This document shows positions 23,715 through 36,583 of a DNA stretch of 64,000 nucleotides, piece after piece (the stretch's first letter is position 1; each line of letters starts with the position of its first letter). The stretch lies in assembly GCA_001179505.1 (NCBI GenBank), contig CDMY01000840.1:1-64000 (forward strand). The letters run 5' to 3'. The translations under genes and the position numbers were made by a program. The DNA comes from Vitrella brassicaformis CCMP3155. Taxonomy: Eukaryota; Protista; Chromerida. The notes below the pieces were generated by a model. It worked only from the letters and a program-made list of their open reading frames with translations, was not told the DNA's origin and did not search any database.

Positions 23715-23735
23715 AGCTCGCAGTGATGGCGAGCT
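23715..23735. promoter_or_regulatory. Inverted pair of GCGAGCT motifs in the divergent spacer between the S1 gene and the kinase
   Basis: AGCTCGC at 23715-23721 and GCGAGCT at 23729-23735. Confidence 0.45.
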
Positions 23736-23824
23736 CGAGTGGGAAGAACCAAAAATATGCAGAACTGCTGTGATTTGCATCAGCCAATGGTGCCAGCGTA
23801 TATCATGGTGATGGATTGAGGCAA

Positions 23825-26269
23825 ATGTCGAGCGAAAGCGGCCGTCCTCGGAAAGGGTGTCTGACAGCGATGCTTCCGGAGTCCCCCGTGCCAGCCCCGC
23901 ACAAGCACCCTCCCCATGGCCACCCACCGCCACTTCTGCCGCTGTCATATCCCTACCCCGTCCCGCTGCTGCCCATCCACCCAGTCGCACAGGTCTTCCC
24001 GCCACCTACGGCAGCAGCGGCCCGGCCCGCCCAAGCCCCCCTGGATGATGCGCAGCGGCAGGAAGCCAGGAGGCGGGCGTACCACTATCGGCCGTATCCG
24101 ATGTTGCCGCTGCAGATGCCGCCTGTATCGGCCTTGTGTGAGGCTCAGGCTCGGGTGCACATGATGTACCACACGGTGGGGGTGGCGGCGCTGGAGGCCA
24201 TGCGGGTGGGGTGGGAGGGCGATTTGGCGTCCCGGTGCCTCACAAAGGTGCCCGAGGTGTTCCCGCGGGAGTTCGAGGAAGAGCTTGATGTCGTGGTGAG
24301 CACGTGATTCGAATCATAGTGGGCGTGAGTCGACTGGTCTGTGTGTGTTGGTTCTTGTGTGTTGATTGCAGCGTGACTGTCGTGGTGCGCCTGATGTGGT
24401 GGGCTATGGTGCGTATGGTGTAGTGCTGAAGGGCTGCAGGAAGCGCGATGCCTCCATGTGCGCCATCAAAGTGGTCGAGCTGCAGCCACTCATCGACAGG
24501 GACATGATGAAACAGGTCAGTGAGCCAGGGAGAGAGAGCACACACATAACACGACACAGGAATGGGCTGGCTGCTTCATGTGTGATGTGACAGCTGGAGA
24601 ACGAGGTGACGATTCAGCAGTCCCTGGATCACCACAACGTCGTGCGGCTGCACCGGGTCATCAAGGCGAGCATCCCCGACCGCCTCCCGTCCCACCAACC
24701 ACCATGCGGTGGGATGGGGGACGCCGCGGAGCAGTCCATGATGATGACGAGCAGCCTGCCCACGCTGCCCCTGCAGCGGCCGGTAGCCAAGTGGTTCCTC
24801 ATTATGGAGTGGTGCGACAAGGGGCCGTTCATCACATTCCCCTCCAGCACTTACTGGTGAGGGCGGCAGACGTGGATGAGTGGATGGAGTGATACTTTGT
24901 GTGTGTGTGTCATTGATCGGTCAGTCGTTATGGCGACACGAGGTGCCTGCCGGCATGGCTGGCGGGGTGGTACCTGGGGCAGGCTCTCGACGGAGCGGCA
25001 CACATACACGACAAGTAAACCATACAGACAGGCAGACACAAGGCAGACACAGGTGCATGTTTGCGCTGAGTCTGCTCGTTTCTGGTCAGGGGATATACGC
25101 ATGCCGATTTGAAGCCCGATAACTTCCTGCTCAAGCGAGACGGCCGGCAGCACATGAGGCCTTTCCCGACCCTCAAGATCACCGATTTCGGCTGGAGCGC
25201 CGCTGTTGAACAAATCAGGTGCGTGGGTGTAGGTGTGAAATGATTCACCTGGGATGAATGTGTGTGTGGTGTGGTGTGATTGCAGGACGGACAAGTGTGG
25301 CACGATCGAATATATGGCTCCGGAAATATTGCGGGGCACGCCGTACACCAACAACCCTGCCATCGACATTTGGTCGCTAGGTAGGTTACTTACAGCTCTT
25401 GATTGAGAAAGCTCACATTCCGTGGTGTTGGTCACTCCTGCGCCCACCCGTGCTGAACACTGTCTGTCAGGCATATTCCTCTATGAGCTGCTCCGCGGCC
25501 ACACCCCCTTTGCGGGCAAAACCGAACAGGCGAGCAGACAAACAAGCACGACGATGTGGTCACCTGATACACACACGTGTTTCCGCTTGCTTGCCTGTGC
25601 AGGAGATCCTCGCCATGTTAGGTGACCCCGACTGGCTTGAGAGGCTGTTCAGGCACCCGTGTGTGCACAACGGGCAGGTCTTGCCGGCCGTCCCTCCTCT
25701 CATCGAGACCGTCAAGGACACACTGCGGAAGATGCTGGCAGTGGATCCCGCTCACCGACACACGGCCAGACAAGTGAGTGAACGAGCGAGCCAGGCGACA
25801 CGCAAAAGCAACGAAAGACAAGTTCCTTCCCTCTCCCTCCCTCTCTCTGTCTGTTCAGTTGCTGGAGACGGACCCGTGGATCCGCTTCTATTATTATGAC
25901 GTGCGTGAGCTGGGACCTCGGTCGGACCCCGCTGCCCACTACCCCCTGGGCGACCCCTTCGCCACCAACGGCAAGTACCCCCTCCCCGCCCCCTCCCCGG
26001 CACACACGCAGACCACACAGACCGACAGCGACGGCTCCCCGCCCACACACTACCCCCCCGACCCTCCCGTCCCACCTGTGGTCGACGTGGCCGCCGCACG
26101 TGTCGAGTCGAGTCAACAGAGGAAGGACAGCAAAGATGGCGACGACAAGGGGCGGGGCAATGGTGCTGGTGATGGTGATGGGAACGGTCATAGAGGTGGC
26201 CAGCAGCAGCAGCAGCAGCAATTTTTTGACTGCGAGGAGGGGACACGTGAGGCGGCGGGCAGCGTCTGA
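23825..26269 (+). CDS. Divergent Ser/Thr protein kinase, Aurora/CAMK-like, non-RD (HAD) catalytic loop
   Basis: Spliced motifs GYGAYG, CAIK, LENEV, YLGQALDGAAHIHDKGYTHADLKPDNFLL, KITDFGWS, CGTIEYMAPE, DIWSLG. DFGWS is Aurora-like. Confidence 0.85.
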
Positions 26270-29200
26270 TCGGTTGGGCGGTACTCGGGGTCGCATATGT
26301 GTGTGCACAGAGCATTTGTCATGGTTTAGGTGCGTCTGCATGAGTGGACATGAGGGCGCGGGGGGCGTTTTGTACGTGCTGCTGTACAGCTCGCTGCAGC
26401 TCGGTGAATGGACGTTTCTGATTGTTGCGACACTTCATGCGCCAATGGTGCCATTTGACAGAAATCAATTCATTTGCATGTGACGAAACGCTCCCCAACC
26501 AACAAGAGTAACTGACCCAACCAAACTGAGCGAGATATCGGCCTACCGAGACGGGCCAGGCCTTGCTTGGCATGTTTCGTCAGTGCGCTTGCATGAGACA
26601 GCTGTGGGGGTGGGGGTGTCATCTGTGGGGGCTGTCACTCGTCGGTTTTCTGATGTGCATACGTACGTTTCAATCAATCCGAGCGCTTGTATGAATCGTC
26701 TGTCCAGCAGATCAGATCAGGTCAGGTGGCGTGTCTACGCAGTCGATATCGATATATATATAGCTATGCACAGCAAAGGAGAGCAGGGCGGGGCTGAGAA
26801 GAAGGGGAGACAGAGGGAGAGCGCGGATGAGCGTATATACAGACAGACATCGCTACACACATATATCAGAGAGAGGTGCGAAAAGAACCCTTCTACACCG
26901 CACCTTTCTCTACACAGATGGGGTGGGTGGGTGTGGGTGGGGTGCGACACGACACAGCAAAAAGCGATACGACAGGCTAGGCTTGGCAACATACATACCC
27001 AAACAGGCGGCATGCTTAACGCCGACACCTCTGCCGGGTCTGTCACGCAGAGGGAGGTGAGCGATCCTCCTGGCCTCTCTGTCTGTCTGGCGGAGGGACT
27101 TGTTGTGAGCTGGCAGATAGACAGACAGACAGGTCAGCCAGAAGAACCGCTCGCCCGCTAATCACAGTAGTCATGGGTACACGTCGGCTCATAAAGCGAG
27201 AGCTAGGCAAGTGCCAAAAGGGCCATCGAGACTCTCCGTTTGTCTCTCTCTGACGTGGCCTGTTGGGAGGGCAGCAAGACCCTCGCAACACTCACGCACC
27301 AGTGCAGGGTAGAAGGAAGTACTTAAAGATGTCACCCATCCCCTCCCCCCTCCCCCCCTCCCCCCGAGCCCTTCCGCTACATCTACGTGTTGGCTCCTTG
27401 TTCGCGCAGCTGGCTAAGAAAGAAACAAACTAGCTAGCTGCCACACGCCAGTCGTGCTCTGGCGCCATCGAAGGGTGATATGAGCCATAAGTACTCGGTC
27501 TAGCTACACCCATGTGTCTGTCAGTTCTCACATGCGTGTCGTTGCGATCAATACAGTCAATACGATCAATACGGTATCCACCACATCCAGCAAACCCGCC
27601 ATATCCACCACATGAACCGATCCATATGTCGTCGTACAGTAGTAGGCTAGCGATGCGCTTGTAGTGCACGTTCGTTGTACCCAGGACGAACTTACGCCTC
27701 CCTCCCTCCCTCCCCTCCCAATCCCCGCCCACCCCACAGGTCGCACCATCCGTCCATCCGTCCATCCATCCATCCATACACCCACCTGAAGCCGCCCCCC
27801 GCACCCTCATGCAGACACACGCAGCACTGACACGGGAGAGACACCCACAGTCAGACTAGGCAGAAACACCACTCCACACCACACCAGGACAAACAGCGCA
27901 CATCATGCATCGACCGCCATCGAGGCCCTGGTATACAGAACGACGGACGGCGAGGCATTGATGAATTGGGTACGTGTGTGATGGATCGGCCGCTCATCCA
28001 GCGATTCACTGGGGGCCGGTCCATCCTTCAATTGCCCCACCCACCGACCCTCTCTCTCTCTCTCCACACCTCACACACACACACACACACAGAGGTGAGG
28101 TAGACAGTGCCGCCCAGCCTCCTTTCCGTCGAAAGGGCGGGCAAAAGGCAGCATACGTGTGTACATACCGACCGACAGATAGAAATAAGCAAGCACCCGC
28201 CGCAGACACCATCCATCCATCCATCTATCATTCCATGCGTCCATCCGTCCGTCCGTCCGTCCTTTCTCATAAAGGCAGAGTTCTCATGAAGCTGTCTTGG
28301 CGCGGAATCATGATGCACACGAGCGGCTGTCTATAGACAGCCATCCGGCCGCCCACTTAAAAGGTACTTCCCCCATCTAGGCGCCCCCACGCTGTCGGAC
28401 ATAGAGGACGCTTAGAATGATTCCACTGCCAACCTGGTCTGTCTGTCTTTCCGTCTGTCTGTCTGTCTGTCCGAAGCTAAGTCAGTCGAGGCAGAGTATT
28501 TACAAAGAGGGATAGGGGGAGTGACAGCATGTAATGCATTTTCTTGTCCTGATTTTTGGTCTTTTTTGTCATCCCACACGTGAAAACATCACACACGTGA
28601 AGGCACACATGCACACGAAGACAACACGACACGCACTCACTCACTCACTCACTCACGGACAGAGGGAAGGACACGCAAGGCAAGAGAAGGCAGGACACCG
28701 ACACCCCACCCCACCCCACACGTCGCATTGCATGAGAAGCGCAGCCATTCGCTCTTCCATCCGCCAGTGAGATGGGTAAGCTACATCCTCCTCTGCCAAA
28801 CATCTCTCTCTATATTGTCATGACTGGTTCCAAAAAGCTCCCTGTATGTTCCGCAGCAGGGAGGCAGCACCATCCATCCATCCATCCATGGCTAGGTCCC
28901 ATCCATCCACCACACTACACCACACCATGTGGCATTGCCCTCTTACTGACAGGCAAGAGAGAGAGAGAGAGAGAGCCGTCACTGCACAGCACCGTACATG
29001 CAGACGCGCACACACACACACACACACACACCACGTATTGCAGGCAGCAGATAGGCAGACACGCCACAGTACGTCATATCGCTGACAGGATCGACACGCA
29101 GAGAGGAGAAGACACTGTCAGACTCCCTCGGGCCCCCCCCCTCGTCTGTCTGGCCGAGGGACGGTAAGGAAGAGAGAGGCAGTGAGATAGAGAGAGAATG

Positions 29201-30225
29201 CATTGGCCGGCATCGACATCCGAAAAAGACGAAACGAGAGGAAAGAGAGAGCGAGAACGAGACCAGAGACCAATGGTGCACAGAGAGAGAGAGAGAGAGA
29301 ACCAACGCCAGATGGCACTACACCACATTCAATCACACGGCAGCACAAGGATAGACCAGACGCTGGCTTCACAGAGGTCACTTGACTGGATGGACGGGCG
29401 GACGGAAGAAGGAAGGACATCATGCGTGTGACCGAGAGGGTCAGCAAATAGAATACATCCATCCTCCGTCTGCCTGTCCATCCACCCCATGCACCCACCC
29501 CATGCATTGATTGGTCCGTGGTCATTGCTGGGGTCAAAACCACCGCACATGAGCATGAGACTAGCACAGCCCTGATCCCTCTGTCTCTGTCTGTCTGTCT
29601 GTCTATCTGTCTGTCTGAAAGGCAGGCAGGCATGAGAGGGAAGAAGGAAGAGACGAGACACGAGAGGAGGGAGGAATGAAGGGAGACGGCAGGACTCTAG
29701 TATTTCTGCCTGCCGTCTGTCCGCACATGGAGGAGTATGTCACATGACACACGCCTTATAGGGGGTGACACGCAAAAAGGATGGGTCGCATTTATCGAGC
29801 GAGCGACCACCTAGGCAAAACCACCCACCCGACTCGTCTGTCCGCCGCTGTCTGTCAAGTAAGACCCTAGGCAAAAGCACCACACCCAAGCAGTGCGGAT
29901 ACACCAATCGGCGCTCTGGCGATAGCCAGCTGCGCCAGCAATAAGGTGATAAGTCAGCCATAATGCAGGTAAGGCTCTAGGCAGAGACACCACACCACAC
30001 ATCACATCATGCATCGATCGACATCGAGTCCCTCTGCATGCACCCACAGGTAAGAGAAGCATGAGATCGGGAGGGTGAGTATGGCACGACGGACGGTATA
30101 GCGGCCACATCACAGCCAAGAGACTAAGACGGTGTCAATCCAGCTCATCATGCGAAGGCGAAGAGTCTCTTTTGAATGGCCACGAATGTGCCTGCCTGTT
30201 TGCCGGCTTGTCGGGCGATAGGGAA

Positions 30226-30318
30226 GACAGGCAGACAGGCAGGCAGACAGGCAGACAGGCAGACAGGCAGACAGGCAGACAGGCAGACAGGCAGACAGGC
30301 AGACAGGCAGACAGGCAG
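30226..30318 (+). repeat. (GGCAGACA)n tandem repeat within a microsatellite-rich non-coding stretch (~26.5-30.9 kb)
   Basis: Directly visible 8-bp tandem units. Confidence 0.9.
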
Positions 30319-31270
30319 AAGGAGAGAGACAGTGAGGGACACAGAGGAGAGAGAGAGGCAGGTCGTCACTTACACTCACAGGCAAAAGCCGCCATACCAA
30401 GAGGCATCGATTGGGCTGATCCATGTATGTATCTGTTTGTCCGCTCATTAGGTCAACACACCACCACTCATCCATCCATCCATCCGTCCGTCCATGGTGG
30501 CGCCATCCCCCTCTGGCTATGCAATGCAAAACCATCGCCGGGTGGGTTCTCTGTGCATCTCATGTCGAAGAAAGAAGGCAATAGGTTGGCAGACAGGCAG
30601 ACTGGACGAAAGGCCCGCCCGCCTATCTGTCTGTCTGTCTGTCTGTCCATCTGTCTGTTTGTGTATCCGCCACACCGCAGCCCACTGCACCGCCCTGCCA
30701 ACCTAGGCCTCTCGGTCCCTCACCCGACAGCCCGCACCAGCACCAGCAGCAGATCATCGACCCCCTCCATGCATCAGGCACGTCAAGAGTGAGTGAGTGA
30801 GTGAGTGAGTAGTCAGGCAGTCAGGTCAGTACGGCAGGTATGACGTCGCCACCCTCCCTCCCTCCCTCCCTCCCTCCCTGACACAACCACACAGAGGGGA
30901 GATGCATACATACGCTAATGTGTCATCCATCTCTTCCTCTGGTGGTAGCGCACCTGTCCTGTGTGAGTATGTGTGTGTTGAGTTTGTCAGCGCTTCTTGT
31001 GGCCCCTCTTGAGGCTCGCGAGGGTGGCTTGAGAGATGGGCTTGTATGTGCTTGCCTTGAGGTCCTTCTCAAAGAATGGCTTGTCGGCCAGGTGCTTGTG
31101 TGCGCCGCGGAAACACACATTGTAGCTGCACGGATACAGAGAGAATCGATGTATTCCCCATTGTGTATCCCCTTCTCCTGTTCCCTCTCTCGCTCACCGG
31201 CCATCAGCCCGGATTTCTGTCACCACTCCAGCCGCGCCCGCGTACGCCCCGGCGCCTGTCCCCCTCACCA

Positions 31271-34200
31271 TCACCTGGGCTCCAACGCTGAAAAGCGGCT
31301 GTGTGCTGGTGGTAGTGGTGGTTGCAGTGGTGGTCGTAGTGATGGTGACGGGGGCTTGCCCGATCGACTGCACCGGACGTCAGCCCTCCGGCCGCTCCTC
31401 TGGTCAGCCGACGCGGCGCCACTTGGCACAGCTGGTGTAGACGCGCTGCTGGAGGGGGTCGTGACGGTGGCTGAGATGGCATGCAGCGTCCCAGCAGACA
31501 CCGATGGGGAAGTGCCACCTGCGCCACCCTCAGGCGTCATCCTGGTGCCAGTCGATTCCTGTCCTTGCCGTTGTGTGCCGCCGCTCCTCGTGACGGGCGC
31601 CCCCCTCTCCCTCTCCCCGCCCCCCACGGGACGACCGGGGGAGCCGCCGAAGACGTCGCGAGAAGGGCGACGGTGGCTGGCCCTGTTGTGTCCGTCGAGG
31701 TCACGCCTCTCCTCACCCCTGTCGCGCCCACGGGGGCTGGCGCGCCTGTCGCCGCCACCATGCAGGAGTGAGGAGGATGGCCCAGACCCCAGGTTGATGC
31801 CCTTGCCGTCCAGGGCCGATGTGCTGCTGTGTGGGTGGGGGTCGATGGGAGAGGGGGGTGCTTGGACGGTGGTCGGTGCGCCGCTGCGGCTGGGGCCACC
31901 GCTGGCACCATTCAGCGACGAGAAGGGTGAGAGGCCATCATCAGATCGTCCCCGGCCGTGGTCGAAGGATGAGGGCTGTTGCACAGGTCCTCGTCGGTCC
32001 GTGCTCAGTTGTGGCGAGCCGGTGACCTTGCCTGGACACGGTGATGGGTAGCTGTCTGTGGCTGGCGTGTAGGGCTGGGTGCGCTTGGGGGGACCCTGGG
32101 TGATGCGGTGACGGGGGGGAAGATGAGTCCCAGGTCGTTGGCACGGCGACTCGCATCGTCATGACGCACCTGACCACGTGCCCCTCCACCACCACCGACG
32201 CTCAGCTTGGATGTGCTGCTGCCGCCCACTATCGAACCGCTGCGTCCCATCGACACCCGATGGTGCACTGGGTGGACAGGGATTGGCGACGTCAAGTGAA
32301 CGCCGTCCAGGAAGCGCTCGGCGGTGGTGTGGGACGGGGGCGAGTCGGACTGTGGCCGTGAGTGCGAGTGCGGGACGGACGCAGGCGGCCCGCGAGTCAC
32401 AGACTCACGGGACCATGGGCTTGCCGCCGGCGCGATCACGCCGCGGCGGGTACCACCAGACGGTCCGTGTGCCGTCCGGCTGACGGCCACGTGTGGGGGT
32501 GGGGATGAGGTGCTGTCGCACACCGTCAGCTCACTGTCACGAGGCACGATGTCGTCCGCACCGTCGTCGTCCCCACCACCGCCGTCGTCACCACCACCGT
32601 CGTCACCACCACCACCGTCGTCACCAGCACCAGCCCGCCCGAAGGCACCCACAGCCAGCGGATCCCACATAGCGCCTGCCGTGCCGCGGTCGTCCTGGTC
32701 GTTGACTGGGTCCAGCACCCGATAGGATGCATGAACCTGCACAGTCCCACAGCGATCCTCCACCCTCTCGGCTGTTCGATCCGGCACCGACGCGGCAGCG
32801 GTGTAGCTGTCCATGAGTCGGTCGTCCGGCGGACTGAAGGAGATGCTCAACTCCTGGTTCAACCAGTCCGGCGCGGTCCCGTCGTCCTGGTCGTCCTCGT
32901 CGCAGTCGTTGCGGTCGTCGCCGCCTGCCCCTGAAGGCATCGTGTCGCCGCCTGCCACTGAAGTGCTCGTGTCGCTCAGCTCGGACGCTTTGGCGGTGAA
33001 CAGGTTACCCTTCCCGTCCCTCTGCACCGTCGGCTCCTTGTCACGAAGATCCTTTGTGTCGGCGAGGGTGCCGATGATGAAGGTGCGCCCGATCTGAATC
33101 CGCAGGTCGACGTTGAACGTTGTGCTGCTGGTCGTGGGGCTGCCTTGGATGAAGATCTCTCGGCTCGGCGACAAGAAGGTCACACTCAGCAGACGCCGAC
33201 GCTCGTTGGCGTTGCGGAACGAGTAGCCCTGGCCGTTCAGGTTGAATATCGCCATGCTGTTGGGATCATACGGGTTGGTGTCGAGAAGAAATCTGGACAG
33301 AAGGAGAGGTGCACGCGCATGAGTGAGAGTGTCGGTGCACGTGTGCGTGTGTTGTGTGTTGTGTGTTGTGTGCTTACGTAAGTGTGTGTCCCGGCTGCCC
33401 TTTGTGGTCGACGAACGAGGCGTCGATCTCCACCATGTCGACATCCCTGCACCTGAGCGTCTCATCAACGTGCTCGAATGAGAGCACGAGAGGGCACTTC
33501 TCTCCGGACTGCTTGCCCGCCACATCAAACTCGACCATGTTGCGCAGCGGATGGAGCAGGAACTCGCACAGCTCTCCATCCACGATGGCGTAGCACCTGA
33601 ACCACACACACACCACACATACACCAACATCCGCACATCCATCCCATTTCGCCGGCTCGTCTTTCGTGTCTCACCTGACGGATCCGAACGGTTTCTGTGG
33701 CATTCCGCTGGCGGGCTTCGGCGCACCCACGTCGAGGCGAATGGGCGTCGCCAGGTGCCTATAGCGCTCTCCGTCACGCTGCATCACGGTGCCCTTGATG
33801 TTGCATATGACGGTCCCCTCCGCGCTCTCGCTGAAATCCACCGTCCCGTGCACGCGATCGACGTATCCGTCGAGGGCGTGGGTGACTTCTTTTGGGCGGG
33901 ATGATGACGGGCTTGACGCAGAGAATGACGACGATGCTGCTGCAGCAGCAGCAGCAGTATAGCCGCTTCGACGCGGGCTTGGCGGCGGTGATCTATCCTT
34001 GGCTGCAGACACGCACCACAACACACACAACAGACGGACAGCACAGACGCAACAATTAGGTGACGGTTGACGCGCACGTGCCTCCCGCCCCCGCCTCCTT
34101 CGTGTGTCTGCGCACCAGTTCTGGCACGATCGTCGGCTCGTTTGTGAGAGGCCACGCGGCGCTCGCCTTTCTCCTGCAGCTCTCTCTTCTCGGCCTGGAC

Positions 34201-34354
34201 ACGCGCCATCATCTGCTGGTCCTCCATCTGCTGGCACCAGTCCTGAAACTTGCGCAGTTTCTCCACCTCACTCCGATTAGGGGCCATGCCGCCCTGATCG
34301 TCCCCCTCTTGCTGCTGCTGCTGCTGCTGCTGAAGGCCTGAGGAGTCACACACA

Positions 34355-34391
<37 letters not shown>

Positions 34392-36000
34392 CTGGTTTCG
34401 CCTTTTCTCTCTGGCCACGTGTGTGAGTGTGTGCTGTGATTTTGTGTGCTAACCCACCTGTGGCCCGTGTATTGGTGTTGTTGTTGTTGTTCGGTGTGAT
34501 GCCTCTGCCCCTGCCGCGGCCAATACCCACCCCTCCCCCTCCCCCGCCGCCACCAGCGGTGTTGCGCTGCAAAAATGGAAGGGGGGAAATGCCACCAGCA
34601 GCAGCGGCAGCAGCGGGCCGCTGCACGCCACCGCCACCCTGTGGCTGCTTTGGCTTGGCTGTGGGCTGTGTCGGGGGGGACGGCGATCCCCCGTTGTTGT
34701 TGCCACGCCGGCCGTAGTTGTAGTCATGTTGGTGGTCAGCAGGGCCAGGGCCAGTGCGGCCTGGGATGCGGTTGATGTTGCGTGGGGTGGGACTGCCCGG
34801 CGGGGACAGAATGTCGATCTCCCGACTGAAGAGGATCGACGGACCACCTGTGCAGACACGCACCACAACACACACAACAGACGCAATAATTAGGTGACGG
34901 ATGACGCGCACGTGCCTCCCGCCCCCGCCTCCTTCGTGTGTCTGCGCACCATGTCTGGCGAAGTGGTCGTCTCGTTTGTGAGAGGCCATACGGGGCGCGA
35001 GCAGCATCTTGCGCTGTGCCTCCAACTCACGCTGATGCTTGACCTCCATGCCCACGCCACCCTGAACCTCCCCCTGTTGCTGCTGCTGAAGGCCTGAGCA
35101 ATCACACGACACCACACCACACCACACCACACCACACGACACACATACACACGGACGCCGAATGGATGCTCGCAGGTGGTTCTGTGGTGTGCCGGGCAGT
35201 CTCTGGGCGTTCCTGTTGGCGAGAATACCTCGATCGAGACGGCGGAACGGGCCTGCATGAACACACACACCGTCACGGCTGTTGCAGACATACGTGAGGT
35301 CAAGTGGCGTACCAGCAGTGTTGATGTTTTGCTGCTGCGCCTCCGTCTGCGCCTGCGTCTGCGCCTGCGTCTGCGTCTGCGTCTGTGTCTGTGTGTCTTG
35401 GCGTGTGTTGATGCTGTTGTTGGTGGTGCTAGGTAGTCGCTCGCCCCCTACATAGCACCCACACATCACCCCCACACACAAAACATCCACCAGCCATCAT
35501 CTATCTCCATCAACGGCTGACCACTGCCCGAAGATGGCGACGCCGCCGATGAGAATGAGGGCTGCTGCTGCGCCTCGGATAAGTCGCCATCGCCACTACC
35601 AACAGGGGAGGGGCCTGCAACCACCCGCGCCACACCCACACACGCACACAAGACACCATGTTTGGAGGCAGGACACGATCGACGTGTGGTGCGGTTTGTG
35701 GAGGCGTGTTTCGGGTGGGTATGGGTGTGCAGTGGTGTGTGGTGTCGGTGTTGGAGGGTGTGGGATGACATGTGAGGCTGGGATGGACGGGGGAGGTGTG
35801 TTGGTGCGCATGTGGCGCATGTGGGCTGTGCGTGGCCGTACCTTTGTGTGTGTGTCTCCGGCCCGACATGGCGCAAGGGAGGGGCGAAAGCCCTTACGCT
35901 CCCCGGGGAATCACGACGCGCAACCAATCTGACCAAACACAGCAGGAAAGACACACACATGCGCCAAACGCATGCACTTCCCATGCATTTCCCCTTGGCG
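31271..36000 (-). CDS. Large, mostly disordered multi-exon protein with one folded (possibly PH-like) segment; 5' end uncertain
   Basis: Open exons linked by GT-AG introns, e.g. 32096-32169 joins GQ to GPPKRTQP. The folded segment YAIVDGELCEFLLHPLRNMVEFDVAG...AIFNLNGQGYSFRNANERRRLL lies at ~33.2-33.6 kb. Confidence 0.55.
33995..35150 (-). repeat. Internal tandem duplication of an exon+intron unit (~33995-34400 and ~34845-35150)
   Basis: Shared gcagacacgcaccacaacacacacaacagacg...ttaggtgacgg.tgacgcgcacgtgcctcccgcccccgcctccttcgtgtgtctgcgcacca; both exons encode GLQQQQQ...ASHKR.D...GAQTHEGGGGGR. Confidence 0.85.
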
Positions 36001-36227
36001 CATCTCCCCCCTCCTCGCCCTTCCTCGTTCGCCTCCGACGACTGTCTCAGCCTGCCTGGCTCGCCATCTCCATGAATCAACACGCCTGTCTGCCTGCACG
36101 TTCCACCCACCTGCTTGATCTCGTTCGCTCAGCCTCGGCAGGTTCAACACACACACTCGCTACAGGCTAGAAAATGTCTAAACACCCACAACAAGTGAAG
36201 CCAAGAGAGATCTTGACACGCCTCCTG

Positions 36228-36251
36228 AGCTCGCATCAAATCTGAGCTCGC
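36228..36251. promoter_or_regulatory. Paired GCGAGCT motif (minus orientation) in a divergent spacer
   Basis: AGCTCGC at 36228-36234 and 36245-36251. Confidence 0.45.
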
Positions 36252-36583
36252 AAAAACAAAAAGGATGGTGCACTGGCTTAAAGGCGCGTATGCACTGCAA
36301 CGTCGAGTAGTAGACTCTTTGTCTGAAAGAACTGTTGGAGCGAAGGCGAGGCGGTGCCGCGGCGAGGCGAAGCAGCTCGTGTAGTAGAGCATCCCCCGAC
36401 CCCTCTACCCTCCTTGATCTGAAGCGACACTCCCTTCCACCTTCGGCATTTGCCCATCCATCGAGCAGAGACCGACGGGAGACCGACCCAGCGCTGTCAG
36501 CGGCAGTGTAACCGACACACCCCTCGAGCTCCCTGTCTTGGCATCGTCGACCTTGCGCCGCGAGGCAGCAAGCCGTCGGCGCC

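Noticed and set aside
29684-29718. 10-bp-stem hairpin agacggcagg/cctgccgtct
   Set aside because: It is built from the GGCAG/AGAC simple repeats that saturate this region, so it is likely chance.
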